Source: Fimicolochytrium jonesii
Taxonomy: Eukaryota
DNA length: 64,000 nucleotides
Direction: 5' to 3'
NCBI RefSeq assembly: GCF_025526975.1
Contig: NW_026515672.1
Location: forward strand, 62,001 to 126,000
Shown: positions 52,262 through 64,000 of the stretch, piece after piece
Position numbering within the stretch: the first letter of the stretch is position 1
How the letters are laid out: each line of letters begins with the position of its first letter
Position numbers and translations under genes: made by a program
Notes under the pieces: model-generated
What the model was told of the DNA's origin: nothing
Database searches by the model: none
Seen by the model: the letters and a program-made list of their open reading frames with translations, nothing else

Positions 52262-54087
52262 TCATGCGGTTGAAGAGCCTGAGGTTGCGGACGGGTTCGG
52301 TGACCGGCTTGTACCAGCGGCGGACGTTGTTGCAGTCGGCGTTGAAGTGTCTTGAGTGTCTTGCTCATCTTCAGAGTCCTCGACCCATTCGTACTTGCCG
52401 ACGCAATTCTTCAGACCATGGTTGCGAGCGCCATGGACGTCTCGATGCACTCGATGGCCGCAGTCTCTGCAGTGAAAGAGCTTGCCATTGACTTGGTCTT
52501 GAATGACCCCGCATCGGTTGCAAGTCTTGGTGGTGTATTCCTCTCCAAGGATCTCCACAAGGGACCCACGAAGTTCTTCCTCTCGCATTTGGAGCGCGCG
52601 GCGAAAGGGGGCGTGGCACCAGGTGAGGAGGTCTCTAGCTGTGCGGCGAGCGATGCGACGACGGCGACCGTTTTCATCCACTCGGCGAACCATTTGCTCG
52701 GTCTCAAAGGGCGAAGTGTGCACGTATTGAAAGTTGTGGGTCAGGTATTGAGCCACGCGGAGGTTGCCCTCTCTAACCCGATCCTGAATCCGTTCGTGGC
52801 ATAAGAACCGGTTGCGGCGCAGATAGCGTTTCTTCCATGGTGGATGGTATTCATTCGAGTCCATGACGGAGACAGTCGATCGATCCGCTCCTGATACCTT
52901 CGAAGGCGATTCAGGTCGTCCGCCGTCCCAAAAGAGCCGGCTTGCATCCGAGTGGGAGAGTAATAATTCACAAACGGGTTGGATCCGGGATCAAGGGCGG
53001 CCAAATGACCCCTCGCGTCGGGGTTCAAGTCCTCATAGGCTTGTAGATGGGGACGTGCATTACCCACTTGCCGGTGCCGCTGTGTGCACAATCTTGACTT
53101 CGCGATCGGGACCGTTAGGGTATCGATTGAGGACTCGTTTTTGATCCCTTGTTCGCACGCGTAGCTTGCCTTCGTCGGGGAGCTGGGTAATGTAGCATTG
53201 CCATCGCTTCCCCACCTTTTTCGACCAATTCTGAGGAGGGACGGTGATGGACCAATAAGGGTGCTTGACACTTCGGAAGCTCGGAGTAGTGAATTCCCCT
53301 GTTTCCCTGTATCGTTTGAATTGCGCCTTGTACGCTTCGGCCAATTCTTGCATGGTCGCTTCTCGCACCGAACATGGCGTGTCTTTGAGGTGGCGGAGCT
53401 TGCATGGGAACCGAGACATTTTGCATGTGACAAAGTTCTTTTTCAGTGCTTCAAAGTTGATGGGAATGATGGTCTTTCCGTGCTTTGCGTACTGCTTCCG
53501 AAGTACTCCGAGTACCCAGTTGTATGTCTTTCGGGCCGAGTGCATCCATTCCTTGAGTGTCTTCTTTTGTCCAGCCGTAGGAAAAATGCGGACGCGCCAT
53601 GTTCGCTGGACGTGACCCTCGGGAATCATTCTCTTGCTACGGCGTTGAACTTGTGTCCGTATGGAGTCCGTATCGGAGGAAGATCCCAAAGCAAGGAGCT
53701 GCAATGAGACATGGAAACGCTGAAAGTCACGTGATTCGCTCGCCCGATGTTTTTTCAACCGCCTATAAAAAGCAGCCAGTTCCATTTTCCGTCCGCCGCC
53801 AATCTGCGTATCAATCTCGATCCAGTACAGTGTGCTTGGTGCTTCCAACTAAGGCACACCCGTACGCTGCCAGGTTGTTGCCGGGTCGCTGCCGGGGCGT
53901 TGTCTATACTGGCGACACTGTTCTTGGTGCGCTGTATACACATCCCACCCCGGCTTCGACTGTTCAACAGGTGAGCATCCTCAATACGGCATGGAGGAGT
54001 TCGGACAGCAGAGGAAGTAGGGACGGGGGCCCTCACCTTGTTCAGTGACGATATATATGACCCAGTTAATGAGTCAGAACGCCCCAT
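52262..54087 (-). pseudogene. Fanzor2/TnpB-like RNA-guided endonuclease with frameshifts
   Basis: HTH RTWRVRIFPT..QKKTLKEW..ARKTYN; RuvC-I ALDPG; SPFETEQM; EEYTTKTCNRCG; FHCRDCG; RuvC-III RDVHGARN. About 3 frameshifts in 52860-53090; probable intron 53960-54036; in-frame TAG at 53849-53851. Confidence 0.88.
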
Positions 54088-55783
54088 GTCGAAACATTCA
54101 TCGCATTTAAGTTTCAGCCTTGACCGAGAACTATTTGGGCCCCACTACACTTCCTCTCTCTTCTCTCTCGAACGTTCCCTTTACATCGGCTGGGAGAATC
54201 GTTGGATTGTTAGGGGCTTCATTTGCTGATCGTCTTCTGTTTACTGTCCCACAAGATGTTTAGGTGACACTCCTTTCCGGGGCTGGTCCACTACACGACT
54301 GACCCTTCGTAGCTAACTACTGGTGAGTGCATTTGCCAATCCCCTGGTTACTGCGAGGAAGCAAAAGAGCCGGGATCGTTGGAAGGCAGCCGGGATTGAT
54401 GAAGCTATATTGACGGGCGGACAGAACTGTGTTAGTACAAACACTATTTACAATGTTGAACGTCAATGTGCTGACTCGTGCTAAGGCGAACGAGATGCGG
54501 AATGAACAAATTCACCCCGACAATGTCACTGACATCCTCTCTTTCGCAATCAGTTCTTGTAGGTCTTTTAGGAGCCGCTGCCGCCATATGACAGTTTATT
54601 TTTGCCGACTGTTTTTCATGGTAAGCATCACACCTCCCCATCCCGGAAAGGACGGGAGAGATGCCCCAGATTTCGAATGATTAATACTGTTAGTCTGCAA
54701 AGACAGACCACTTACCATGGTGATTCAAATAACGTTCGGTTCATCAATGACGAAATCTGGTGGCTCTCGTCCCTGTTCCTTCCCTCGAGTGTTGAATGTC
54801 ACACGTTGATATGCCATCCTAACTTTCGTAAAGTCTTCCTTAGGTCTTCGACGAATGCGTTCTCAAGGTTTCCGTCTCCTCAAGAATATCCCATTGGAAT
54901 CGGGTCGTTGATGAGAAGCGACTGGGACAAGAGGGTCTGTCAACGTATCAGCGCCAGCGGCACTCACGCCTCCACTCCAATGAGGGTCGCACAATGCGAG
55001 GCCGCTCACTCTTCAGATCACGTTGACTTGATACCGCCTGTTCCAGTCCCTCGCATTCAGGCCCCATAGCGCCGGAACAATCTCACTCTTTCTTAGTGGG
55101 GGGAAGTCCGCCGATTGCTCCGTTTGGCGTTGGCTTCCCTACGTGAGCGACCGGCAAGAGCATGTAAGAACGCAGATTCGCTAACACAGCGACTTTATTA
55201 TCCGTGTCCTGCGTTTGATAGTAGACTGCGGGACAAAACCCATATGATGTGTAGACTTGGTGCTTGAGGAATGAAAAAAAAATGAGAAAGATACTACTCA
55301 AGTGTTGCGTTGACGCTGGAAGGCGGATGCCTTTGGCACCTCGTTCATGTGCTGCTTCGAGTTTCCGCTCTTGGGCTCTTGCTCATTGGCGAATAACCCA
55401 TCAGGTTAACTTCGGAGATCGGACGGGATCCGGTCCTTTCTGGTGTGTATGGCCGTAGTTATCAAGTCCTGAGTTGTTGCGAGTTCTCAACGAACCGGTC
55501 TGTTCGCCATCATTATACTAGTCCGACAACGGGGGGCATGATTCCACATCCATCAACGGCAAGATTCAAACATGTCTCCATGAGTTGCTGATATATTACA
55601 CTTGACGTACATCAGGTGGTTTCTCTCAGTATTCACAAAAACATGAAATAGGAAGACCACAGAATCCTCTATATCCGTCCCCGTTTCCCAAAATCCCCTT
55701 TGTCGACTCCCACAAAATACGCGCATATGCAAACCCGGTGTGTACTAATAGAGGCGAGGGGGGTGAGTGAAGGGTCCGAACGC

Positions 55784-56879
55784 CTAACCTAACAGAGCGC
55801 GGCCCTCCTCAATTAGGGGTGAAGAAGAGTTTGCAGGATGCGCCGTCGATATTGATTGTTCAGGCGATGAAGTGCGCGGGCATGAAATCATTCTTGCGGT
55901 CGTGCCGGAGCGGAGCCCGGTCTTTCTAGCATATGGGCACAGCTTCCAAAAAGGTAGGTTGCATATCTTCCAATGTGGAGGTCGCACGAGGTTTCGTAAT
56001 GAGCCTCGCAGATAGGCGAGGGAGGTTATGTGCTGCGGACGATAATTGCGCCAAGGTTTTGTTGGGGACACCGAGATCTTGCGGCGAGAGCGATGCCGGG
56101 TATACTCCTCCACCGATGTGGCTGTGACTGGCGGGATATGGCGCCATGCTTCATGGTGGGCCGTCTAGGTTCGAGACTCGAATTTCAATTCATGGGTGCT
56201 CCATGTGGTGCCCTGACGCCATTCTGTAACTCCTTCATGTGGCGAGCGGGCTACGATGCTGAGCACCCGTTTGCAACTTCGCATTCACCCCAAAGAGTTT
56301 GTCGACGTCCTTCTTCAACCGGGCCATCTCAATCTTGACTTCCTGCTTCGGGGTCAATGCCACTCTCTATTGAACATAGATTTTGCCATGAAAAGTTAGT
56401 GTCAAAAGTATCTCAGCGCTGCGCCGGACCAAAGTGGAAAAAACAAAACGAACCTGATCGTTCATCTCCGAAAGAGCAGACCGTGCGAGATGATCGCCAA
56501 GGGTGTGGATAGCGTTATCGCGCGACATACTCCGCGCGCTGGGGAAATAGGTGTGTTTCCCACGCACAGAACCGTCTTCAGAGTCGGCCGTGTCAGAGAA
56601 AGCTTTGCGGCCAGTCAGTCCCTCATCGTCGCTCTGCGACCGGTCGGACCAAGGCGAGGTGGGTTCGTTCAGAACCATAGACTGCCGGACCTTCTCGTAC
56701 CGACCGTAACGATGCAGGAGTGTGGTGAAGCTGCCGTATGGCTTCGCGACAGGGTAGGAAGTGGGAGTTAGGAGCGTGGTGAACGGATCCCCACCACCAA
56801 AGCTGGAGACTGATCTGCCTTCTGAGATGACCGAAGGCGACGTTGCTGAAATTGGGGATGATCCGTACGGAGACGACAT
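55784..56879 (-). CDS. Hypothetical Ser-rich protein (exon structure and 3' end uncertain)
   Basis: 170-aa ATG-led ORF followed by plausible splice sites; no domain recognised. Confidence 0.35.
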
Positions 56880-57521
56880 GATGGTTTCGTAAGATGCAGA
56901 TTCCTATTTTCTCTTCGTACGGCGCTCCGCTCCCTGTCCTATCTTGCAAAGCGCCAACTCAGGCCTGTAGTATGCCTGAGTATGTGCGATCCAGCTCGAT
57001 ATCGCCACAAAATCCCACCCCGACTGTGCCGCGGAATTACGAAGAATACAGCTCTCTTGAAGCTGACTGCGCGAGATCACGGATTGTCGTATACACAGAT
57101 ACGAGATCTAATCCTGCTGGCCTGTATCGTAGTTAAATAGCGTTTGCGAACTGTATCGACTAATCGAACTGCTTCGGCTGTGGGATGTCGAGGAATCTCC
57201 TGAATCTCTCAAGGTGGTATGAAGAGCTATAAACTTTGATGTAGAGCACGTGGTTGTCCCGAGATTTATTAACTGACAGCACGACTTCTCCGCTCGCTGT
57301 CAAAGTTTAATCCCCGAACACTGAGGTCAGCACCGTTGCCCCCCCGCTCAGTATATTTCGCAGCACTGGAACTCTTCCAACGACAAACACCTTGCGGCAT
57401 TACGCAATACCATCTTACGACCATACTTCAAACTCCAAATCACAGATCCTCTGGGTGTCCTACCTCTCGCTTAACATTCCATTACAACTCATCACTTATA
57501 CTTTCAAACCACAAAACAATA

Positions 57522-58958
57522 ATGTCCCTCGGGTAAGGCCGTACTGCCTTCTACTGCCAGGTTCTCTTTCCGTATGCAGTTTTTCACATATTTCTTACAT
57601 CCAGCGCTCAATCATTGTTTGACGACTTCAATTCCTCCTCGGAGGACGAGGATTTCGCTCCTGCCTTTTCTTCCGATGATGGGGACTTCAGTCACTCTGA
57701 GCCCGACGCAAGTGACGGTAAGGCTTGCACCTTTTGGTGGTTGCAATTCTCGATAATTCCTCCATCGCTCCAATGCTCCTCCTGCTTTCGAATTGCGTCT
57801 GATACTTTTATGGCATTTTGCTCGGACTGACCACAATCAGACGACAACGAAGCTGCCAGTCCCATTTTGCCAGCTCACAATGGGAAAGCAGGCAAGCGCA
57901 AGCGAACGGACGGCAGCAAGTCCCCAACAAAATCCAAGAAAGCGAAAAAGCAACCCAAACCGACGAACAAAGCCAAAACCAACAAATCAAAGAAGCGAGC
58001 CGGCCAGTCAGATGCTTCCTCCGAGTCCTCAGCCAGTCGCGGCGTGACGCAGAAGCAAAACGTCAAAAGCGAAAAGCGAGCAGAGTCTGAGGTTTCCTCC
58101 GACTCCTTGACCAGCGGCGAAGCCGCCCCGAAGGAGAACGGAAAAGGAAAGAAGCGGGCCGCGGATTCGGAACCTTCATCGGACACCTCTGCTACCCGTC
58201 CATCCAAAAGACGCAAGGCCGGTGCACCCAACACTGACACAATGGCGCTTTTAAAGGCTTTGGAGGAGCAGGACGATTATGATGAGGAAGATGATGAGGA
58301 TTTCGTTCCGCGAGAGGACCTGGATGATGATGATGACGACGGGGACGATGATGAGCATACAAATGGAGAGGAATCAGGTGATGACGAGGAGGAGGATGGG
58401 AGTGATGCGGAAGAGGGGGATTTAGAGGAAAGCACTAAAGAGGGCATCACTGGGGGAGGTTTGACAGCCAGTGAGTATCTGCAAACCACCATCTTTCTCC
58501 TGGTTGAAGCACAGTCCTGACGCTCTCCTCCTCCCCCACCAGTGTCAGCACTCTTAGGCCCAGGGAACACGTACCAGCGCTTCCCAGTTGCTATCCCCAT
58601 TTTCTCGCCGGAGTTTAACGCATTCATGGACCGCAGAATTGAGCGTGAGGCGATAGCGTCGAAAGAACTGGCCGATGTCACTGCCACCCTCAAGACCATC
58701 CGTGCCCAATGCACCTCACTCACCAGCACGCGAAAGGAGCAGATCAAGCGAATCCAGGTAGCACAGGAGGATAGGGATGCAGGAATCCAATATATAACCT
58801 CCATCCAACGTGCTCTGGCAGATGCGTTGTATGAGGGCGTGTTGGGGTTGGTGGCAGGGGTTGGGAAAGACGCACAGCCGCTGGGGAAATTACAGGGTGC
58901 CCAAGTTGCTGCTTTTCTCAAAGCGTTCAAGGAGAAGGTGGCGGGGACGACTGAGTGA
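57522..58958 (+). CDS. Hypothetical protein with Lys-rich and acidic tracts and a C-terminal coiled coil (multi-exon)
   Basis: ORFs 57867-58520 and 58542-58958 linked by a GT-AG intron; short upstream exons. Confidence 0.6.
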
Positions 58959-59325
58959 TGGGGGGCGGGGGCGGGGGAGGGGAAGCGGGGAAGTCTTACA
59001 AGTCACTGGAAAGGCGCCAGGGCTCAGAAAGTTACTCGACATTCCACAATAGACAACATAGACAAACGTAGATTGCACAAGTAGGCTGTTTGAAACATAT
59101 ATTGATGTTTGAGTCAATACTGTAAGAAGGAACGAGGGAGCGAAGCGCGTACTGCGTGGTAGGTATAAAGAGTGGAGGGCACCACACGCCGCGGGGCGAA
59201 CCCATGAACGTCGGAAGGAGGTCCGGGAATCAGCTTTCGTCCGCGCCGAGCGTGTCGTATGACTTTGCCGGAGTCCGCTGTATGGTGTGAGCGGGTGGAA
59301 CAAGCGGAGAGCGGAACTGGGTGGT

Positions 59326-60294
59326 TTAGTGGTGATGATGTTCTTGCTGAAATTGGAGTCCACAGTAACCTGGAAGTCCAATCGAAGGAGGAGGAGAACG
59401 GGGATGTGAGCGAGGCGGCCGTACGTACGAGGGCAACATTCCAATCTGGTCCAGAGGCAGATGGCAGAAAAGCTCAAGAAGGGGTTCCTTCCCTTCTCTC
59501 ACGATTTTTGCCTAGACTACTTACCGCACGCTTGTGGCTCGTTCTTATCCTGCAGGTGACGATGGCAATTGCGTAAGGGGATAACAATAACGTTAGTGCA
59601 CGAAATGCCAAAAGTAGGACTCGGCCCAATCGCTCCTATCCACGCCCCTCTCCACAACGGCCTTTGCATGTGCATACCAGGTTCAAATACACTTTCGGGT
59701 GACCAAGAGCTCCGCCTCCTATGGAACACGGAAAAGGTGGCATGAGAATTACATGGTCAATGTAACATTTCCGAAAAGTGTGTGCTTACCTCCATCGCAA
59801 GACACTCTCCGTGCCTGCACGAACTTCACAGGGACCTTGGAAATCAGGTCTTGGGCGGACAGTGGGTTGGGCTGTGTACGGAAGGCGAGAAGAAGCAAAA
59901 GCCGATTGAGTGGGGTATCCAGACATACGAACGGCCAACTTCTCATCGACAACTCTAACAGCAGCACCAGCATTCCCGACTCGTCGCCTCCAAGGATTCG
60001 TCTCCGCGTCCGACTTTCTGCTCCCTTCCCCTCTGCGCCGAACCCCGCAAACTATACAGTCTTGAAATACATTCTTCATACCTGCAACGAGAGATCGGTT
60101 TGTTCGAAGCGTGGGCCGACCATAGCCGCACTCTTGTCTTGTTGGTGTTCACTCCATTTGGCGGCTCTGTTCGGCGCTTGGGTAATGCTGACGGATGCGG
60201 CGGCGAGTGGCGGTTTGGCTTGCAGGGCGGCGGAGGTGGACATCCGGCGAAGACCAGCAGCGGTCACCCTGTGGGAGGCCCGAAGAAACTGCAT
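59326..60294 (-). CDS. NDUFS6: NADH:ubiquinone oxidoreductase Zn-finger subunit (five exons)
   Basis: QAPNR..W..Q...AMVGPRFEQTD.SLQP.P; CDGGGGALGHPKVYLNLDK; CGYCGLQF. Confidence 0.93.
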
Positions 60295-60572
60295 GGTAGG
60301 GGTGTATGTACTGTAGGTGTTGCAGCTGTCTCGAGGGAGGATGGTGGACTTCTTCAACTGCGAGTTCCAACGCCACGCGACGTCTTTCGCAGAGGCTTTC
60401 AAGGGCTTCACATTCAGGAACAGACGACTTGCCAACGACTCCGAGTCCCAGAGACCTCAGGCCACATAAACCCGTCCAGCATCCCGCCTCCCAGCCCCAA
60501 GCCTGGTGGCCCCAAGCAACGCTTTCTCAACACCCAACAGCGTGTCCGTATCCCCCCTTACCGCGACACAAA

Positions 60573-61503
60573 ATGGAACCTCCAACTTCCCGCCTGCGTC
60601 CACCAACAACATCAGCCAACCCCTTCGGCGCAGGAGTACGCAGACCCATCCCTTCCCACTCCGGTCCCAACGTCCAAGACGACGACGAGGAAGGCGATGA
60701 AGTCGCTCAACTCGTAGCCCTGTCCAAAAGGACCCTGGAGGTGCAGGAGGAGAGCGCGGCGTCGACCGCAAGGGCATTGCAGACCGCGTTGCAGGCCCAG
60801 AGTGTTGGGGATGAAAGTTTGGTGTTGGTCCATGCTCAGGGTGGTTAGTATAGAGAGGGGCAGAGAGGGAATCAATCGATGCTTGGACGAATCTTCCCGA
60901 CCCAATCCTAATCTTGAAAACGCACTTCTCTCTCTCATAGAACAATTACAGTCCATCCTCAATAAAACAGACGAAACATCCCACGGCATCAAAGTCGCAA
61001 AAGCCCGCACGAACTTCCTCGACAAACTCTCCGACTCCTTCCTCAAACCCGTCTTTGGATCCGAGAAGCAAATCAAACCTTTCACGCCATCCAGCAACAC
61101 ATCTTCAAATACCCCACCATTAGGCCCGACAGGCCAGCCCTTGTGGGGAAAACGAGGCAGCAGCCTCGCCCCAGACTCATATCTTTCCCCCAACTCAAAC
61201 GCCATCTCTGCCAGCGCTGAACCAAACATCAACCGCAACAGCAGTGTAATCATTCCCAACGCCCTGGGTGACTGGGCATCGACAGAAGACCGCGCCCAAT
61301 CCAATGTATACGAACAGCAGATCGACGATAATTTGAGCCAGATTGGAAACGTCGTACGCGGGCTGAAGGAGCGGGCGCTGGCAGTGGGAGAGGAGGTGGG
61401 GCGGCATGGGGAGATAATAAGGAAGACCGAGGACAGTGTTAGCGCGCAGACGGAAACGCTTAGAGGGGTTAATCGGAAGCTGGGGAAGATTTTGAATAAA
61501 TGA
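60573..61503 (+). CDS. SNAP-25/Sec9-like Qbc t-SNARE
   Basis: Two SNARE helices (ESAASTARAL...L..QGEQL; EQQIDDNLSQI...LKERAL.VGEEV) with one intron. Confidence 0.8.
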
Positions 61504-61823
61504 GCGTTGATGTGGAACGAGCGAAAGGAGGGGCATTCGTGGTGTAGATAGTGTACATATATAGCGTAGCATACCATCTGGCATTTTCAATTATTAGTGC
61601 TTTCGTAAGAATATGGACCCAGGAGCGAGTTGCCAGGAGCGAGTTGCACGGATGCGAATTTTCCATTTTGGAAGCGGGGAGTCGACCGTTGGCCGCGAAA
61701 TATGTAAGGGAAGAGCGCGTTCAAGCCAGAAACCGTTCTGGTGAGCTCAGGGCAATTGTGCAATTGAACGACCTAACGCACGAAGCCCAGGAACATACTG
61801 AAAACCCCAACAGAGCTACCATA

Positions 61824-64000
61824 ATGGCAGCTACAACTACTTCAAAGGGAGCCGGTCGGCGGCGGGCACTGGGCTTCCTGATAGTCATAACCCAAACCCT
61901 CCTCCATGCAGTCCGAGGCGCAAAGTTCTGCGGCAAGTCCCCATTAACCCCCTTCCCATCCCCCCGCTCAACTCTAACACCACCCCCAAAACCTCCAGCC
62001 GCAGACTTCTACGTCCCAACCCTCCCAAACATGGAGCCCAACGTTACAGAAGTCTTCAAAATGCACGCTGGGTAAGCATGCTACCGGCGATGATCTTGGA
62101 ATTATTGCAACCGCGTTCTGAAGATACTTCATAGGAATTTGCCTGTCACGGAGGCTGAGGATCAGCAGTTGTTCTTCTGGCTTGTGCAGGCGAGGAATAA
62201 CTTGCCGAGGGATAAGTTGGTGAGCAGGGCGCGGTTGGAGGGAGGGGTGTCTGCTGAAGGAGTGGGGTTCTGAAATGTTGTGTGATTAGGTTATATGGAT
62301 GAATGGGGGCCCAGGATGGTAAGAACGGGGAGCACGGAGTTTGGTGGCTACCATCTCGATAAAAACGCTGAGGCACTCTACGGTCTCATGTCGCAACCGG
62401 ACGTGTAGTTCAAGGTAGGAGCTAACGATTGGTGAGGGTACGACAAACGTTTGATCTGACTCCCCCATCCCAAATATAGCATGGACGGAATGCTCCTAGA
62501 AAATGGCCCCTTCAAAATCTCCTCTTCCGGCACCGTGCATGTGAACCCATACAGCTGGGTGCACAACGCGAACATGATCTACGGCAAGTGGCATGCCTAA
62601 TGACCGCTAGCGCATGATAGGGACCCGAGGATAACCGTTGTGAACACAGTCGACCAGCCTGTAGGCACGGGGTTCTCCATAAGCAACGGCAAATTCGACG
62701 GGAGCTTGCCTGAGGTACGTTCCTGTGAATTCAAGGGGCACCGAGGGTGGTTGAGCTCAAGTCATCTTTCGATCCAGGCAGCATCACATTTCGTAAACTT
62801 CCTAGAGAACTTCTTCATAGCTTTTCCGGAGTACCAAAACAGCGAGGTACTCCAACGTGATCCCGCGTCCCCAAAACCGCCGGGCATCTATCTTATGATC
62901 CATTCCAGCTGTATCTTGCGGGAGAAAGCTATGCAGGGCAGTACATCCCATACACCGCGCAGGAGATCTTGAACCGGAATAAAGCGGGGCAGAAGGTGAT
63001 GGAAGGTGATTTGAGAAGCGGAGACGGGATGGGCATTGACACAGTGTATCGCCCCGCAGCCCAAGTTGGATCTTAAGGGCCTGATGATTGGGAATGGATG
63101 GATAGATCCATTACGGCAGGTGAGTGCATACACCCACGCTTTGAAACATAGACGAGGGTGATAGATAAATGGAAATTTGCGTTTAGTATGGGTCATACAT
63201 CAAGTTCGCCGAGCTTCACAATCTTCTCAAGATTCCAGAATATAAGGTACCGTCTTCGATCGATCCGACATTTTCGAGGCAACGTGATCGATCTGCTGAT
63301 GCGTTTGGGCATAGCAAGCAGCGGATGCGGACTGGGAGCTGTGCAAGAAGGCCTACGAAAAGGAGGATCGGCTCAAGACGCGTGTGTGTGAACGGATCAT
63401 GGACCATATTTTGGCCGAGTCGAGAGAAGGGTGAGGATAACCAGGACGGGACTCTGTTGGACCGGGGAGAATCTTTGAATTTGACTGTTTGAACAACCTC
63501 CAGCGGCCAAGTCTGTCTGAACATGTACGACATCCGCTACCGCGACGGGAACAGGTGCGGGCTCGGGTGGCCCAGCGATTTGGGTTTCGTTACCAACTAC
63601 CTTGCGGTACGCCCCCCTTCTCCCCACCCCCGCTTCCAAATCGGAAAGTTTCACTTACCTACTGGGTTATGTGTCCGCAGAAACCAGAACTCCGAAAAGC
63701 CCTCCATGCGGACCACGGAACCGGATGGCATGAATGCGATGGAAGCGTGTATGACGGATTTGACAATGATAAGAGTCCGCCTTCGTATACGGTGTGTTGC
63801 CGCCAATCAAGTTTGGGAAGGAGGATGACATGGTGGTCGCTTACCCCTCTTTTCCCTCTGGTTAGCTGCTTCCGGATCTGTTGAATGAAGTCCCAATCAC
63901 GTTGTTCAAGTAAGCGACCTGCGAAACCATGCCCACCCAAAAACACGATTGAGCTGCTCCCCCGAAACTCAAAACTCCCCACTCTCCCTTAGCGGCGACA
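61824..64000 (+). CDS. KEX1: Serine carboxypeptidase S10, Kex1-like (3' end beyond window)
   Basis: AADFYVP.LP, WMNGGPGCSSMDG...[41 protein letters not shown]. Confidence 0.9.

Noticed and set aside
53010..53040. GGTTCAAGTCC resembling a tRNA T-loop/B-box
   Set aside because: No cloverleaf can be built and it lies within Fanzor2 coding sequence.
53038..53062. Explaining the Fanzor2 frameshifts as a tiny intron (GTAATG..CAAG)
   Set aside because: About 24 nt is far below local intron sizes, and removing it would delete part of the conserved-looking KWVMHVP strand.
52140..54320. Terminal inverted repeats for the Fanzor2 element (TAGCT at both sides)
   Set aside because: Only ~5 bp match, too short to support element ends.

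Overview
Intron-rich eukaryotic DNA, most likely from an early-diverging (chytrid-like) fungus. Positions 1-14906 hold at least three Ty3/gypsy chromovirus LTR retrotransposons in a head-to-tail array with shared LTRs. The elements carry a predicted -1 frameshift signal (GGAUUUU plus pseudoknot) and a Tf1-type self-priming site. The array's right end interrupts an intron-containing Fanzor1 gene (eukaryotic RNA-guided nuclease) on the minus strand. A second, unrelated and decayed Fanzor2/TnpB-like gene with a rearranged RuvC lies at about 52.2-54.1 kb, followed by a candidate omegaRNA hairpin and a stand-alone I29 protease-inhibitor gene. The rest is compact housekeeping DNA: RAD51C, APT1, DUF89, Cys2/Met2-like, a PRC1 RING1-like ligase, TCERG1-like, MORN, YHM2, LAMTOR2, VPS13, NDUFS6, SEC9-like and KEX1. 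Gene models were spliced by eye and family assignments rest on recalled motifs; no database search was run.
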